Shown piece by piece: positions 27,315-40,930 of a stretch of 64,000 nucleotides of DNA. Source of the stretch: Octopus vulgaris (Eukaryota); NCBI GenBank assembly GCA_951406725.2, contig OX597820.1, forward strand, positions 96,286,001 to 96,350,000, read 5' to 3'. How positions within the stretch are numbered: the stretch's first letter is position 1; each line of letters starts with the position of its first letter. The notes under the pieces are model-generated. The model ran no database searches. It was given only the letters and a program-made list of their open reading frames with translations, and was not told the DNA's origin. The translations under genes were made by a program, and so were the position numbers.

Positions 27315-28120
27315 CGTACGCGCGCACGTGTATGTACATATATATAAATTATACATTGTGGAGACATTTGTGCTATTCATGAAGACATGGTCTCAATAAA
27401 GCACTGTCTCCTTTAACTCCTTCAAATCTGAATATATTAAAATAAATCAGGAGTTATCCATGTGGTATTCTGATGCATATGTGCTGCAGTTAATGCCGAA
27501 ACCATAACTGTATGTTGCCCGATTATGCAGTGTAAAATAATGGAAAATATTCAAGTTAACGATTATAATAAGGACATATTGAATGAGAGGTTTATATCAA
27601 TGCTAACAAAAATCATATTAACCGTTTCTTTATCTGCCACATGGGAAACAGAAGAAGTGACATTACAAAGAATATTTACAAAAACAGTATGTTGTTGTTT
27701 ACACATGGAAAACAATGATACACGAATGAGATAAGAGAGCAGCTTCTTAAAGCCAATCGCGAAACACATCTAGAAGATGGCATCAAAATCAGGTACCATC
27801 TTCCAGCTTAGTTCCTCGGCCCACAAGCAAATGCTGAGCATTGTGTCACTCTTACCCATTTTCATCAAATTTAATAGAAAGCAATTCCTCATTATTCACG
27901 TTCATCTTCTCTTCTAACTTGACCGAAAAGAAAGGTGTCTACTCAACCTTTCCGAGTTTGTCCGCCGGTCAAACTCTTTCACTAGAGGCTGTGATTTAAG
28001 GAAGTTTTGACTGATATGTCTAACATTTCGAACGAGGTTCCTCTATATTTCTAGCTGGCGGATGCTCTCTCATTGGCTGTGTGTGTATGCGTGTGTGTAT
28101 GTACATATATATATATATGT

Positions 28121-28450
28121 AAAACAATTGCAGCGTGGAAGGTGTTTGTAAGCCATTTAAGAAACACACAAAAGCCGTTCGATTCACTTCAACATTTAAG
28201 TTTAATTTGTCAAAATATTTTCGTCGCTTTAAGACCTGCATCTCAGATGCAGCACGGATTTTTGTCAGTGAACAGGTTGCGGCCTTAAAGCGACGAAAAT
28301 ATTTTGACAAATTAAACTTAAATGTTGAAGTGAATCGAACGGCTTTTGTGTGTTTCTTCAATGGCTTACAAACACCTTCCACGCTGTAATTATTTTCGTT
28401 TCAGCACACGATCTCAGATCAAATCACTTGCTATGCAAGTACATCTCCCT
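28121..28450. mobile_element. Fold-back element with about 111-bp inverted arms, in TA/TG microsatellite
   Basis: 28126-28236 is the reverse complement of 28281-28391 (mirror ORFs 28020-28382 and 28135-28389). Confidence 0.85.
28261..28311 (+). ncRNA. Hammerhead-like motif with G3-C8 swapped core
   Basis: UUUGUCA-GUGAACA-G GUUGC...GCGAC-GAAA-A UA U-U-U-UGACAAA; 7-bp stem I, 5-bp stem II, palindromic AAUAUU stem III; triplet UUU is non-optimal. Confidence 0.55.
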
Positions 28451-28464
28451 ATACATATATATAT

Positions 28465-28514
<50 letters not shown>

Positions 28515-29718
28515 ATATATATATATATGTGTGTGTATGTGCGCGCGATAGAGAGACCGTGTGAGCGTTACACATCCATATAAATGTATAATATACATCA
28601 GCCGAGAGAATACTTTGAGCCGTATAGACGTCCTCGGGAAATAAAGAAAATAACCTTTTTTCACCAGATAAGAATAGACATCCGATTTAGTCAGATTTTA
28701 CATTGATCAAATTACCGCAGCAAAGAAGCAGGATATAAGAAAATGGTTTATTAAAGCCATAATCTTTTAATTTCTTAAGAGTCTGAAATTGTAAATTATA
28801 CTCCTTTTGCTTTCCCTACTTTTCTTGTTGTTATCCACGTATATAATTCATTTTAATGGTTACGAATATATTTAATCTCTGAATAATTGAGAGGAATGTA
28901 TATTCTGACACATACGGAAACATTCATTGGTGACGGAGGATGGGGCTGGCAGGCCATCAAATATTGTGAGTTGCAGATCAGGAAACCATAAAACGAACCA
29001 AGTCTCTGCGAGGTCATTGGATCTGCTTGAAGTAGCTCACTTTTTTTTTCAAATCAATCTATTATCGTAAGAATGAACGGACTCGAGTAACGGGTTCCTT
29101 GACATATTGTATGGATAAGAACAAAATGGTCATGGTTGGAAGGCCTTTGATCATCGGTCTGCTAAAGGAATGTAAACAACAGCTATTTATAAAAACTTAA
29201 AATATTGCTATTTGGCAAGTTCGCAAAGTTATCAGCAATTGACCAAAGATATAAAATATGGTGTGTGTACGATGAAATAGCATTTATGTGTATGATTAAT
29301 TATAGTTAATTATAGTTACTTTTTTTTGGCATTATGATTACAGATAAGCCTCGCTTTATGGAAGCATTGCATTAATGAACATTTTGTCGAAATGTGGAGT
29401 TCCGTAACGTGGAACGTATGTTTTCATTGATTCTACTGTTCATTGAATACAAGATCAAAAACAGATTTTACGTTAAAAAAATACTACGTTACGAAAATAT
29501 ATTCGAAAGAACAGCAATTCTGTAATGTGTGGGTTGCCTGTTTTTCTGTTTAGCTGAAATTGTATCTTCTGAAATCATTTTGATTTCTAAAATAGACACA
29601 GGCCTCAAATTTTACGGGAAGGTGGACACAGTCAATTAAATCGATTCCACCCTTTGGCTGGTATTTTATGTTATTCACCGCGAAAGGTTGCAAGGCCTTC
29701 CGTAATTGATGGATTAAA

Positions 29719-30040
29719 ACTTACCTAACAGCACATGACAACTAAGCATCTGGCGCACAATAAACTCAATGCTTTCTCTCACTATTGCGGCACTGATTTT
29801 TTGTTGTTCTGATTCAGCAAATGGTGTAGCACCGGCCGACAGGAGCACTCGATACAGCTGCTTTCCACACCTCCAATCAGGGTTCACTGTATTTCGTTTT
29901 TGAAACTTCACATAAAATAATTTTCTCAATATTTCCTTCCTGGGATTATATTTCTCTGAAAAACTCTCTGCGAAATATTGTAATCTGTCGTTCTCGTTCA
30001 CTTCCGGGGCGGTTTCGTGTCGCCTAGTTTTTAAGTATAT
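29719..30040 (-). promoter_or_regulatory. Candidate promoter and first exon of a host gene
   Basis: Minus strand: GC box ACCGCCCC overlapping ETS motif CCGGAAGTG (29999-30013), then non-repetitive sequence ending in a consensus donor AG|GTAAGT at 29725/29724. Confidence 0.35.
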
Positions 30041-30746
30041 TGTATCTTTTTTAACACTATACGTCTTTCAAGGGACCTCCCTTAAACGAAATACCACAAC
30101 TGATAGCGTTTAACAAGATGCATACGTTAAGCATGTGATATTGATAATTTCCCCATTCACTTTAACGATCAACTATGGTTTCCACTAAAAAGCAAGAAAT
30201 ATGAAGAGATTTCATGATGAATAGACCTCAATATTAGTTTCTAATTACCGCCAGGGCTGACTTTGCCTTTTATCATTTCGGAATCGATAAAAAAACGTGC
30301 CAGTTGAGCACAGAGGTCGATGTAAGCGACTTTCCATATCCCCCGAACTTGCTATCCGTGTATCAAAATTTGAAACCAATATTGATTTCTAATTTCAGTA
30401 CAAAGCTTATACATTTTAGGGAGACATGGACACACGTGTAACCGATGTATACCGACTACGGAATTTCAGTGGTACATAGTTAATCGACACGAGAAATAGT
30501 CGATTTCGATAGGAAGTTCAAACAGAATATTTGGAGAAGTAACTAAATAGTAAAATATATTTTGATCAGAACTTTACTGTTTCTGTCAACTCCTAAATAT
30601 TACTGTAATATTGATGTCATACAATTTACATTACACGATACTATAGAATAAACAATATCAAAAATAGTGGGGATGACACAAATACTAAACGTTGACTACA
30701 GATCTTGATGCTTGTACTTTTCGGAAGATATATATATATGTATATG

Positions 30747-30825
<79 letters not shown>

Positions 30826-31845
30826 CAAGTAAATTGTTTTCAGGGCATATTTTATCATTCTTTCACTCTTTTGAATGTTCTAAACATGAAATAGATTGCC
30901 GCGCTCTTTGCAGTATTAAGTTTTGCCGCTAAATATTCTGATTTTAAAACCTGACATACATAACTACATTTGCCTTTCATCTTATAAAGCTCATTAAAAT
31001 AAATATCAATAAAACACCGGAGTGGATTCAATAGATTGCGTTGGTCGTGTACCTGAATGAAAGAAATCAATATTAAGAGCAGCCTGATAATTATATGTCA
31101 ACACCGAATTTCTGATATGGGAGTTATGGAAGGTGGTATGACAACGGGATAAATCTAAATTTTGCCCAGTTATAATATTTTACTATATATAACATAAATT
31201 CTATGAAACTATAAAAAAAATTTATATTTTTTGCTGCTATTTGTGAAATCGTTTTAAACCATTTATTCTCATTTCTAATGGTTCTGTTCCTGTTGCAATT
31301 CTATAGTTCGCTATGTTTATAATTGTCATCTGCAGCTGCTGGATGAAGCAAAAAAAATAAAATGTGTCAAAAATATAGTGCTGAATAATCATTAAAATTA
31401 AACGATATTGAAAACAGCAATAATAATTGGAACTAGACTTTTCCATTTGATTTCCCTGTTTGTAAATGTCGCGAACAATATTTATGAGAAGAATCAAGAA
31501 TAGCTAAGTCATTTTTTTTCTCTCAAATTAGCTTGCTACAAAAAAAAAGAATACTTAAAAGAATTTAAGAGTTTGCTTCAACAAATAGATATTTATAATG
31601 CTTTTTTAAAATTTTCCTAAACCTTGTTAATTATAAATTTGCATTTTCTCAACCATAGTGTATGTATTGGCATTTTGTCGGATACATTGATATAAAGGCG
31701 TCAGATATCTTTATAAACAAATATACGCATACGTTCTCGATATATGATACAGAGCATAGTCATTAGTTACTGGAATAATCAATATCGATATCATGAGCGT
31801 TTTACAGACGAAGCTTCACTGTGTGTTGAGTAAAGATGATCACAC

Positions 31846-32073
31846 CTATTTCTTTATTACCCACAAGGGGCTAAACACAGAGGGGACAAACAAGGACAGA
31901 CATAGGTATTAAGTTGATTACATCGACCCCAGTGCGTAACTGGTACTTAATTTATCGACCCCGAAAGGATGAAAGGCAAAGTCGACCTCGGTGGAATTCG
32001 AACTCACAACGTAACGCAGGCGAAATACCGCTAAGCATTTCGACCGGCGTGCTAACGTTTCTGCCAGCTCGCC
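31846..32073 (-). mobile_element. tRNA-derived SINE (family A), near full length
   Basis: Head GGCGAGCTGGCAGAAACGTTAGC, B box GTTCGAATTCC, tail AATAAAGAAATA; decayed relatives at ~30240-30385 and ~54900-55050. Confidence 0.85.
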
Positions 32074-32178
32074 GATACAAATTAATCAAAATTTAATTAT
32101 AAATTGGATTATAAAATAATTTATATAGGTTGTTTTAAATGTCTATATCCTTAATATTCATCACATAATAAGTGAAGA

Positions 32179-32226
<48 letters not shown>

Positions 32227-32227
<1 letters not shown>

Positions 32228-32676
32228 GAGCAAAACGCCCCCGTCCAATGGACGGTACTGAGTTGTCAAACATTTAAACCATGTTTTCTCAAAACAACTT
32301 GTCCGACCGTCCCACTGATTTAACCTAAATTTGAGACACCAGCAAAAGAAGAAATAAAGATAGACTTTTTTTTCTATTCCAAAGAAAAACGATTTTATTC
32401 ACACAAATATGCAACTGAAGAGTTTAAAGTACCAGTAATGATAAGGCTGTTGACTGGGAGAACACAAACATGGTTTAAACAGTAAGATTGGCACGTTCCC
32501 ACGGCTTCATCGATCGAATTCTCGCCTGGAATCGATTTTTGTAATTTTTTCAAGACTTATACACGCCTTGATACCGTCGGTATCTACATATCAAATTAGA
32601 GCGCAATCGGATGGAGGATGTTCTAGATCCTAGAAGACACACACACAGACAAACATAACGGATTTTATTTAATAGA
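32227..32676 (-). mobile_element. Non-autonomous Helitron-like element
   Basis: Minus strand starts TCTATTAAATAAAATCCG-GTCTGT repeats; subterminal hairpin CCGTCCA-T-TGGACGG then CTCG|T (CTRR variant). Confidence 0.55.
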
Positions 32677-34947
32677 TATATATTGATATTGATATTGATA
32701 ATAAAAGGATCATGATTATAGTAAATAAATCTCAATCAGCTTCGACGATATGTGTTCAGTTGTTCGACCGACTAACTTATATATTCACTAAATTAACATG
32801 AAGGTAACTGAGTATTCCAGGGACGCGTGCGCCCAATAATCCCAGACAGAATCAACGAAACAGTGCGACAAGGCTGAACCTTTGAATTACTGTTGTAGTC
32901 CATGCGGCCGGCTTCTTCACAGTTTTCGTCTATACAGATATTATGCCTCAGATGTCGCGTTATCTGATCAAACAGGAGCCCTCATTATTGCGAAGCGAAT
33001 TTCTTAACCATTCAACCACTGTTAAGAATAACGAAGTATGCATGCATTCAATTGTTTTCTTTGTATCACGTGTCTAACTCCCGCTCTTAATTCACTGAGA
33101 ATAAATTCATGGTCGATTTCATGCTCACACTTTTTACCAACACTGATATTTTCTATTTTCTACAACTTTGTATATTTTGAAGTAGATGTCCGTGACATAC
33201 CCCAACAGAGATTTGATCAATCAGTACTTTATAGTGTTTCAAAATTTTTATTTTCTCTTTTTTTTTTTGTTAGTCTGTTATAATGTTTGGTAACCGAGTT
33301 CTCTAGGTCATGAAATTTCCAATAAAGTAATGATGGCTTTATTCCTTTAGTTTGAAGTATTTATTTGAAATATTCCAGGGAGACTGGTAATTCGTTATAG
33401 CAATCCTTTGAATCTCAATTTTTCCTGATGGTCCTTTAGCTCGTGTGTACTGTGTGTGTGTGTGTGTATCAGTGTACATGTGTGTGTGTGTCAGTGTACA
33501 TGTGTGTGTGTGTGTCAGTGTACATGTGTGTGTGTGTTTATGTATGTATGTATGTATGCATGTATGTATATATGTGTGTATGTATGTATTGATATATAAT
33601 ATACAATGAGGCAAGAAGCAGCATTGACTAAAATGTAATCGTGTAAAATCATATTTAACACTTTTGAGTGTGTTCGAGCGTGAAAAGATCTTGCGCTACG
33701 GAAACAGTTCTCGGAGAAAATTCTCCCAGACATATGTAGAAACACATATTGGCCTATGAACGACATTATTGGATCGTAAAACGCATGCGTTCTTTTGTTT
33801 TTGCCTCGTCGACTGCGAACGGCAACAGCCCGATTAGAACAAATTTATTCTTATTCTAACACCACGGTACGTTTGCTCGTGTACGTAAAGCTTGATCAAG
33901 CTAAATTGAATAATTAATATTGCACGAAGCACCGTTGAATAAAACGTTTTCGGGTAAATTAACGTTTAACATGGTCGAGTGCATTCGAATGTGAGAAGAC
34001 CTTCCGCTGCGAAAAAAGTCCCGGGAAAATTTCTTCTCTTAGATGTGTGAAAACATTTTCGGCTGTGACTGGCGTTGTTAGGTCGTAGAGTGGTAGGATT
34101 TGAATTCAGTGCACAGATTATCAAGACAAATATCGTGAGGCATTCCATTCGTCACTCTACAGAAATTAGCCAAGGGTTGTTTCATACTAATATTTTAGAA
34201 TTTCTTCGGTGGAAATCATGGCTATGCACATGACATGTATACATCATTTCAGAAGGATCTCTGCAAACTACCATGTAGTGCAATAACGAGAAATATCGAG
34301 AAGTTCTCAGTCAAATACTTCAAGGATTGATCACTATTTCGTCACTAATATTTAGCTGGGATTTTTTCAACAAACTATAAAACAAACAACTGAGAAACTT
34401 CTGTATGGTCCCTCAAACACACCCTACTGTTTAACATGAAGACGAGACAGTAGATAATGTAACAGAGATAATTTAATAATGCATGCACCAAAAAGGTCAA
34501 CTCGATCAAGATTGATCTGGGCTGAAACTGTAAAATAGATGAAAAGAACGAAAAATGTTTTGTGCGTTAGCCTGGGAGTTTCTAACTTAATTGCTTGACC
34601 AACTAGAAACGATAGTCAAATGCACATCAAATTACCCCTTATCGCCTTAATAAATGTAAGACATTAAATAATGTAGTTCTAAATATACTGTGTCTATGAA
34701 ACAGACTGAATGATAACATCTCACTTGTGTGAACAATAACAAGTACAATAACAGCAAGAGAAGATTGACAATGTTGGTTCAGCTCAATAAATCATACATG
34801 AAATCACCGTAGATCATGACATTCTTCTTATGATCACACATCAATAACAGTTAAAACATCGTAACTCTTTGGAGTAAAAATATAACACTGAACAAGGTGA
34901 CTTACATTCAGAATACTGTTTCTCATATTGGAAACGGAACCGCTGGT

Positions 34948-35005
<58 letters not shown>

Positions 35006-35179
35006 GCACATACACACATACACACATACATATGCACACATAAATTCTCTCTCTGCCTTCCTCCTTCTTTCTTTCTCAGCAGTAAACAGTTAACCGATTG
35101 ATTACATTTACTGACCAAAATGTACTACAGTGACCAACACACCGGCATCCAACCGTTAAAGAAGGAAGACATAGGTGAT

Positions 35180-35234
<55 letters not shown>

Positions 35235-35249
35235 GTAAGTAGCTAGTTA

Positions 35250-35300
<51 letters not shown>

Positions 35301-35636
35301 CAGCTATTTTTGTATTCATAGGAAAATAAATTCACATATGCACACAATTCATACACGCTCGTGTTATGTTGATCACTAAGAAACGGCTAGTACCATTCTC
35401 TGTGATGTCTTCCGTTGATTCTGTCACGTACTATTTCTATACTGAATCACAATGTTCTGAAGCAGATATTGTAAAAGTTGAAACAGCTGAATAATGATGT
35501 GAAGTAATGCATTACGGTTAAGGAGAGAAATGAAACACGAATTATACGTTATGTTGAAATGTGTCATAGATATAGTTTTATGTTTTTCTAGCACGGACCA
35601 AGACACTTATCTCAACGAAATTATGAAACAGTTTAC

Positions 35637-35712
<76 letters not shown>

Positions 35713-35915
35713 GAAATAGAAAGATGAATAATCTTGTTGCAGATTAATCAAAAGTTTAACCGATACCTTGGTAGCAAAAATCACAGCAGAAGACAGCACG
35801 GTTGGAGGTACAACCATATGGTGTTGCAACCGTGCGTTGGTGCGGATAATTGAATTTTAATATTATTAGTGAATTGAAGAAATGGAGTTGAACGAAGATT
35901 GAACAGAAATCGTTT

Positions 35916-36008
35916 TATTGCATTCTACACGTGTTTCGAAAGGCACAATTTACCATATTCTGATTGAATAAGGAGACCATATTGTGTCTTTCTCTTCAGG
36001 AAGAAATA
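35916..36008 (-). ncRNA. Type I hammerhead ribozyme (family P1, left arm)
   Basis: Same fold as 6827-6919. Confidence 0.7.
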
Positions 36009-36085
36009 GGAATTCCTTAGGAGCCTCCTCGTTCGATTTGTTTTGCTGCGCCTCTGTTCTGTTTTTGTTCTGCCAACGGAATTCC

Positions 36086-36178
36086 TATTTCTTCCTGAAG
36101 AGAAAGACACAATATGGTCTCCTTATTCAATCGGAATTTGGTAAATTGTGGCTTTCGAAACACGTGTAGAATGCAATA
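36086..36178 (+). ncRNA. Type I hammerhead ribozyme (family P1, right arm)
   Basis: CUGAAGA at 36095, GAAA-CACGUG-UA at 36157-36168. Confidence 0.7.
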
Positions 36179-36395
36179 AAAGGATTTCTGTTCAATCGTC
36201 GTTCAACTCCATTTCTTCAATTCATTAATAATATTAAAATTCAATTATCCGCACCAACGCACGGTTGCAACACCATATGGTTGTACCTCCAACCGTGCTT
36301 TCTTCTGCTGTGATTTTTGCTACCAAGGTATCGGTTAAACTTTTGATTAATCTGCAACAAGATTATTCATCTTTCTATTTCACCAAACATATATA

Positions 36396-36461
<66 letters not shown>

Positions 36462-36476
36462 GTAAACTGTTTCATA

Positions 36477-36585
<109 letters not shown>

Positions 36586-37370
36586 TGATTTCATAGATCT
36601 GAAGAAAGTCATGAATGAAAACTAGAAACTTATTTATATGTATGATTCTATAAAAACTGAAGGCAATCACTGAAAAACATGTATATATTGAATATATTAC
36701 CAAGAAAGTTGCTTATGTGGTTTATTAGACCTAGGTTTTTATAAAATTAGTGTCTTTATATATATATTTTTTTTTTTTACCAAAAATAGGTTGACTTGCC
36801 AAACTGAATTTAAGAACCTGGTTCAAAATAGTCTGAAATGATAAAAAAAGTAAAATGTGCGTGTCTCAAAATTTAATAAGAAACAACGAAAAAATAATTT
36901 TGAAGATATATGAAACTATACACGAATTGGGTTGGTTAGATTTAATCTAAGAAGTCAGACTGATTGTTATAAATCCACAGGTAGTTATCGATTTTGCTCC
37001 TCATGTTTGTATTCCCTCCTATATTCGATAGATTCTTAGGTTCATTAGTAATAAGATTATGTTTTCAACTATTCCAGAAATATACGTGCATTCCAATTCC
37101 TATCGCTTCAAGTTGCACACCACAAAGCTTCGATACTACAGGCTATACACTACAGCGATCTGACAGAGGCGCGCTAGTGTGGATTCTCGATAAAGATGTG
37201 TACCATGTAATCATGTAGTTCCGGTTTCAATCAGTGGGCAGAGGCATGGGCAAGTGTCTCAGTTGGCCAACCCCTTATGAACAGAAGTTTATGAGCTGGA
37301 AATATGTGAGAGCTCGTCTATCTGTTTATACATACATATATACATACATTCATACATATATATATATATA

Positions 37371-37442
<72 letters not shown>

Positions 37443-38306
37443 TAAAAAGTCAATAAAGGTAAACGGAAAAGAAAAATTTTTAAATGCTTGGTTCATTTCA
37501 TTTGTATTAAAATTGGAAAAGTAAAAGATTAAAAGATATATCTTTTAAGGTCGAGCATTATTTAGAAATTTCCATGTAATTTTATAGGATTTATAAGTTT
37601 CCAAATAAATTTACTAAATCTTGTGCTATTACGTTTATTAATATTTCGAAATAGGGCTATAATATCTGTAATATCTATAATAGCTATATCATTGTTAAAT
37701 AGACTATGAATATAATTAACATTAAATGAACCTCAAATATCAATATATGTTTTTAATACAACCCCATTTTTACATAAATGTTGTATAAAATATTATATCC
37801 CACATTTATGACTATTGGTACTTTTAACCTATTTCAGTATGTAAATATGAAAATTTAAACTACACGTACGTATTGATATCTCTTTTATCCATATAACTCA
37901 TAGATATATTACTAAAATGAAACACAAGCTATTTTTCATTTTTAAAATATCGAATGATATTAGTACACATACATATGAAATAAAGGAAGATCACTAGTTA
38001 CTAAAATTTTGACCTAGGGAATTTATCCTGTAACACTGTTTTCAATTTCTTTAGCATTTCGCAACGTTAATATAGTTTATATACACCTTATATTTAAATA
38101 CAAAATATTTTTTCTTCGAACACCGGAAATTATGTCTTAACTAATTCAATTCCTAAATAACACCAGTGTTATTCACCAATCTTTATTTACATTTCCCAAT
38201 ATGATTTTTGCATATTACACCCCTCACGATAAGCTACATCCGTCTTTCTACCACCTCTCTCACATAATCATTTATAAATATATATATTATATATAAATAT
38301 AAATAT

Positions 38307-38337
<31 letters not shown>

Positions 38338-38390
38338 ATGTATGTATGTGTTTGTATGTATGTATGTATGTATGTATGTATGTATGTATG

Positions 38391-38453
<63 letters not shown>

Positions 38454-38464
38454 GTACGTATGTA

Positions 38465-39358
38465 TTAGGTTGTTCAGAAAATACTGTCCGATTTTTCGAA
38501 AACAGTTTTTAAAATTCGATTTAAGATGTTATTTTTGTAGAGTCTTAGACGAAATTTTACATACTTAATCGGTGTGTACTCCTTAATAAAATTCTATTGA
38601 TTGCTTTCAGAATATAATTTTGAATCGTAGAAATACTTAATTTCGAATAAGAAAAAAAAGAAATACGTTTACTTTTTTTGCATGAATTCAATCTTGGGAA
38701 TAATGCTTCCCAAAACAGCCGCCGATGTCAATAGAGCAAAGGGTGAAGTGTCCGCTAGTTATTGGACGGTACTACGGTGGTTTGAGAGATTTCATAGTGG
38801 GGTTGAGAGCCTTGAAGATCAAGAAGGTAAAGGACGTCTATCCACCATTGATGATCGGCATTTGAAAACAATACAGCTTTCTGGAACCTAACCAGAGCAT
38901 TACATCAGAAGTTTACAGTAATCAGCTGGAACAAATGCATGTAGATTTGAGCAATATGAGACCTGCAGTTGTCAATTGACATGAGCCAATTCTGCTCCAC
39001 GACAACGCTCGACCGCCGTTTCTAGGATGACACCCGCAGAAGCTCATGGACTTGGGATACGAAATTTTAACACATCCTCCATATTCCCCCGATCTTTCAC
39101 CCACCAACAACCACTTTTACAAGCATCTGGGCACTTTTTAAGGCAAAAAAACTTCCGTTCCAAAACCGAGGTCGAAACTGAATTGAAAGATTTCTTGACA
39201 TCAAATCCTTTGGATTTTTATCGAAGAGGCATAAATGACCTTGTTAAGCGATGTGAGAGACTCATAACTCTTCGAAGATCATATTTTGAATAGTTAAGCC
39301 TATGTATAAGATCAATTTTTCAAGAATATAGGCGGCCATTATTTTCCGAATAACCTAG
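38465..39358 (+). mobile_element. Mariner element, internally deleted
   Basis: Imperfect TIRs TTAGGTTGTTCAGAAAATA / TATTTTCCGAATAACCTAG; RWFERFHSG, LLHDNARP and HPPYSPDLSP motifs. Confidence 0.85.
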
Positions 39359-40024
39359 CAGTTTTATTTTTGTTTTCATCTTTTGTTTTCATTTCGTAAG
39401 ATTATATCGAAAGCCATTATGCCTTGGATATTTTGTCTTTAGCTGTTAGCTATATTTTTCCTTCTTTAACAAATCCACCTGCATTTATGAAAATGTTTGT
39501 TGTTTTGCTGAGCATATTTCTTGTTTAAAAGTCTACTATTCTTTAGTTGTTGACTTTGCATAGAAATATGACGTCATACTTCCTGCCTCTTTTTACATGA
39601 TATAAACATTTTTGGGTCAGTTGAACTGGTCATACTACCTGTGACCGTCAAATAACCTTATTAAATAAAAAGAACAAATATCATCAAGAGCAAAATATCG
39701 AAATAAGGCAAGAAATAGAATGATGAGAATCTGATAGAAGCAACGAACTAAGCAAAAATAATCAAAAATATAGAATATTAGAAAACAGAATTGCGAACAA
39801 AATGGACTACAAAATCCAAATAAGACGCCTAAATAAAAAAGAAAGAAGTAGTAGGAATTTTACTCGCCTGCTGATCGTTGTGGCTAGAAACTTGTGTAGT
39901 TAGGAAAAAATTTAATTAGTAGTGTATATGTGAATATATGTGTAAAATGAGCCGTATTTAATATAAAATGGATACATTACACACACAGAAGCACATGCAC
40001 ACACACACACACACATACACAAGC

Positions 40025-40118
<94 letters not shown>

Positions 40119-40121
40119 TAT

Positions 40122-40784
40122 AAAATAAATATAAGAGAGTGGTCACTATATGGCTCACTCTAGCACCAGTTAATCCAAAAGGTTTCAACCACAAAAATGT
40201 GCATTGCCTTCTTTTATCCTTGAAACTTTGCAAGTGAAGGTGTTTAACAACAATGAAAGCATTCACTGCTCTTATATCAATCATGTTGTAGAATATAAAC
40301 ACAGGCCATCTTCGAGTCATTCTTTTGCAAGTGTATGTTCTTTCTAATTGTTCCAACTAAAGTAGTTTTCTTGCTAAGCAGCTTTCAAGCCAATCCTAGA
40401 CTTGTAAGGAAATTATCACAAGTTATACTGTGTCCAGTATTTTCAAGTTCTTTTACTATGTCTTCAACAACTCTTGAACATTGATTTGTCTTTCCCCCTT
40501 TTACTGGGGATGTTTCCAGTGTAGATTTGCATTTTCCTGGCATAACATGTTTCACTGTCGTATATTGCCCAAATTTTAATTCCATATTTCCCTAGTTTTG
40601 AAGGAACCCCGAATGAGCAGCGCCTTCTGAGCCATATAGTGACCACTCTCTTATATTTATTTTGTAAAAATATTATAATATATTATAAAATATTATAATA
40701 ATCCAGGTTTCTCGGAGCACTAGGCCACTTGGTGTAGAATAGATATACTATTAAATTAGTATCTAATTCTCTCACCCTTATTAA

Positions 40785-40790
<6 letters not shown>
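40122..40790. mobile_element. TA-inserted fold-back element enclosing an inverted 430-bp piggyBac segment
   Basis: 36-bp IR at 40122-40157 / 40628-40663; 40201-40630 is the reverse complement of 41297-41726. Confidence 0.8.
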
Positions 40791-40817
<27 letters not shown>

Positions 40818-40820
<3 letters not shown>

Positions 40821-40930
40821 GGGTTGGAAAAATAATGGAAAATCCTAGCATCATAACATCATAATATTGAAATTATCTATAAAAACGTCAAAAGCTTGTT
40901 TATTTTTATGTATTTTATTTACTATTATGC
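40818..40930 (+). mobile_element. Left end of the same Tc1 family as 16167
   Basis: TA-CAGGGGTTGGAAAAATAATGGAAA..CCTAGCATCAT...TCAAAAGCTTGTTTAT matches 16167-16275. Confidence 0.85.

Larger units (their letters stand above)
35711..36383. mobile_element. Family P1 fold-back element: 306-bp inverted arms, 61-bp spacer
   Basis: 35711-36016 vs 36078-36383 near-identical; (TA)n on both sides. Confidence 0.9.
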
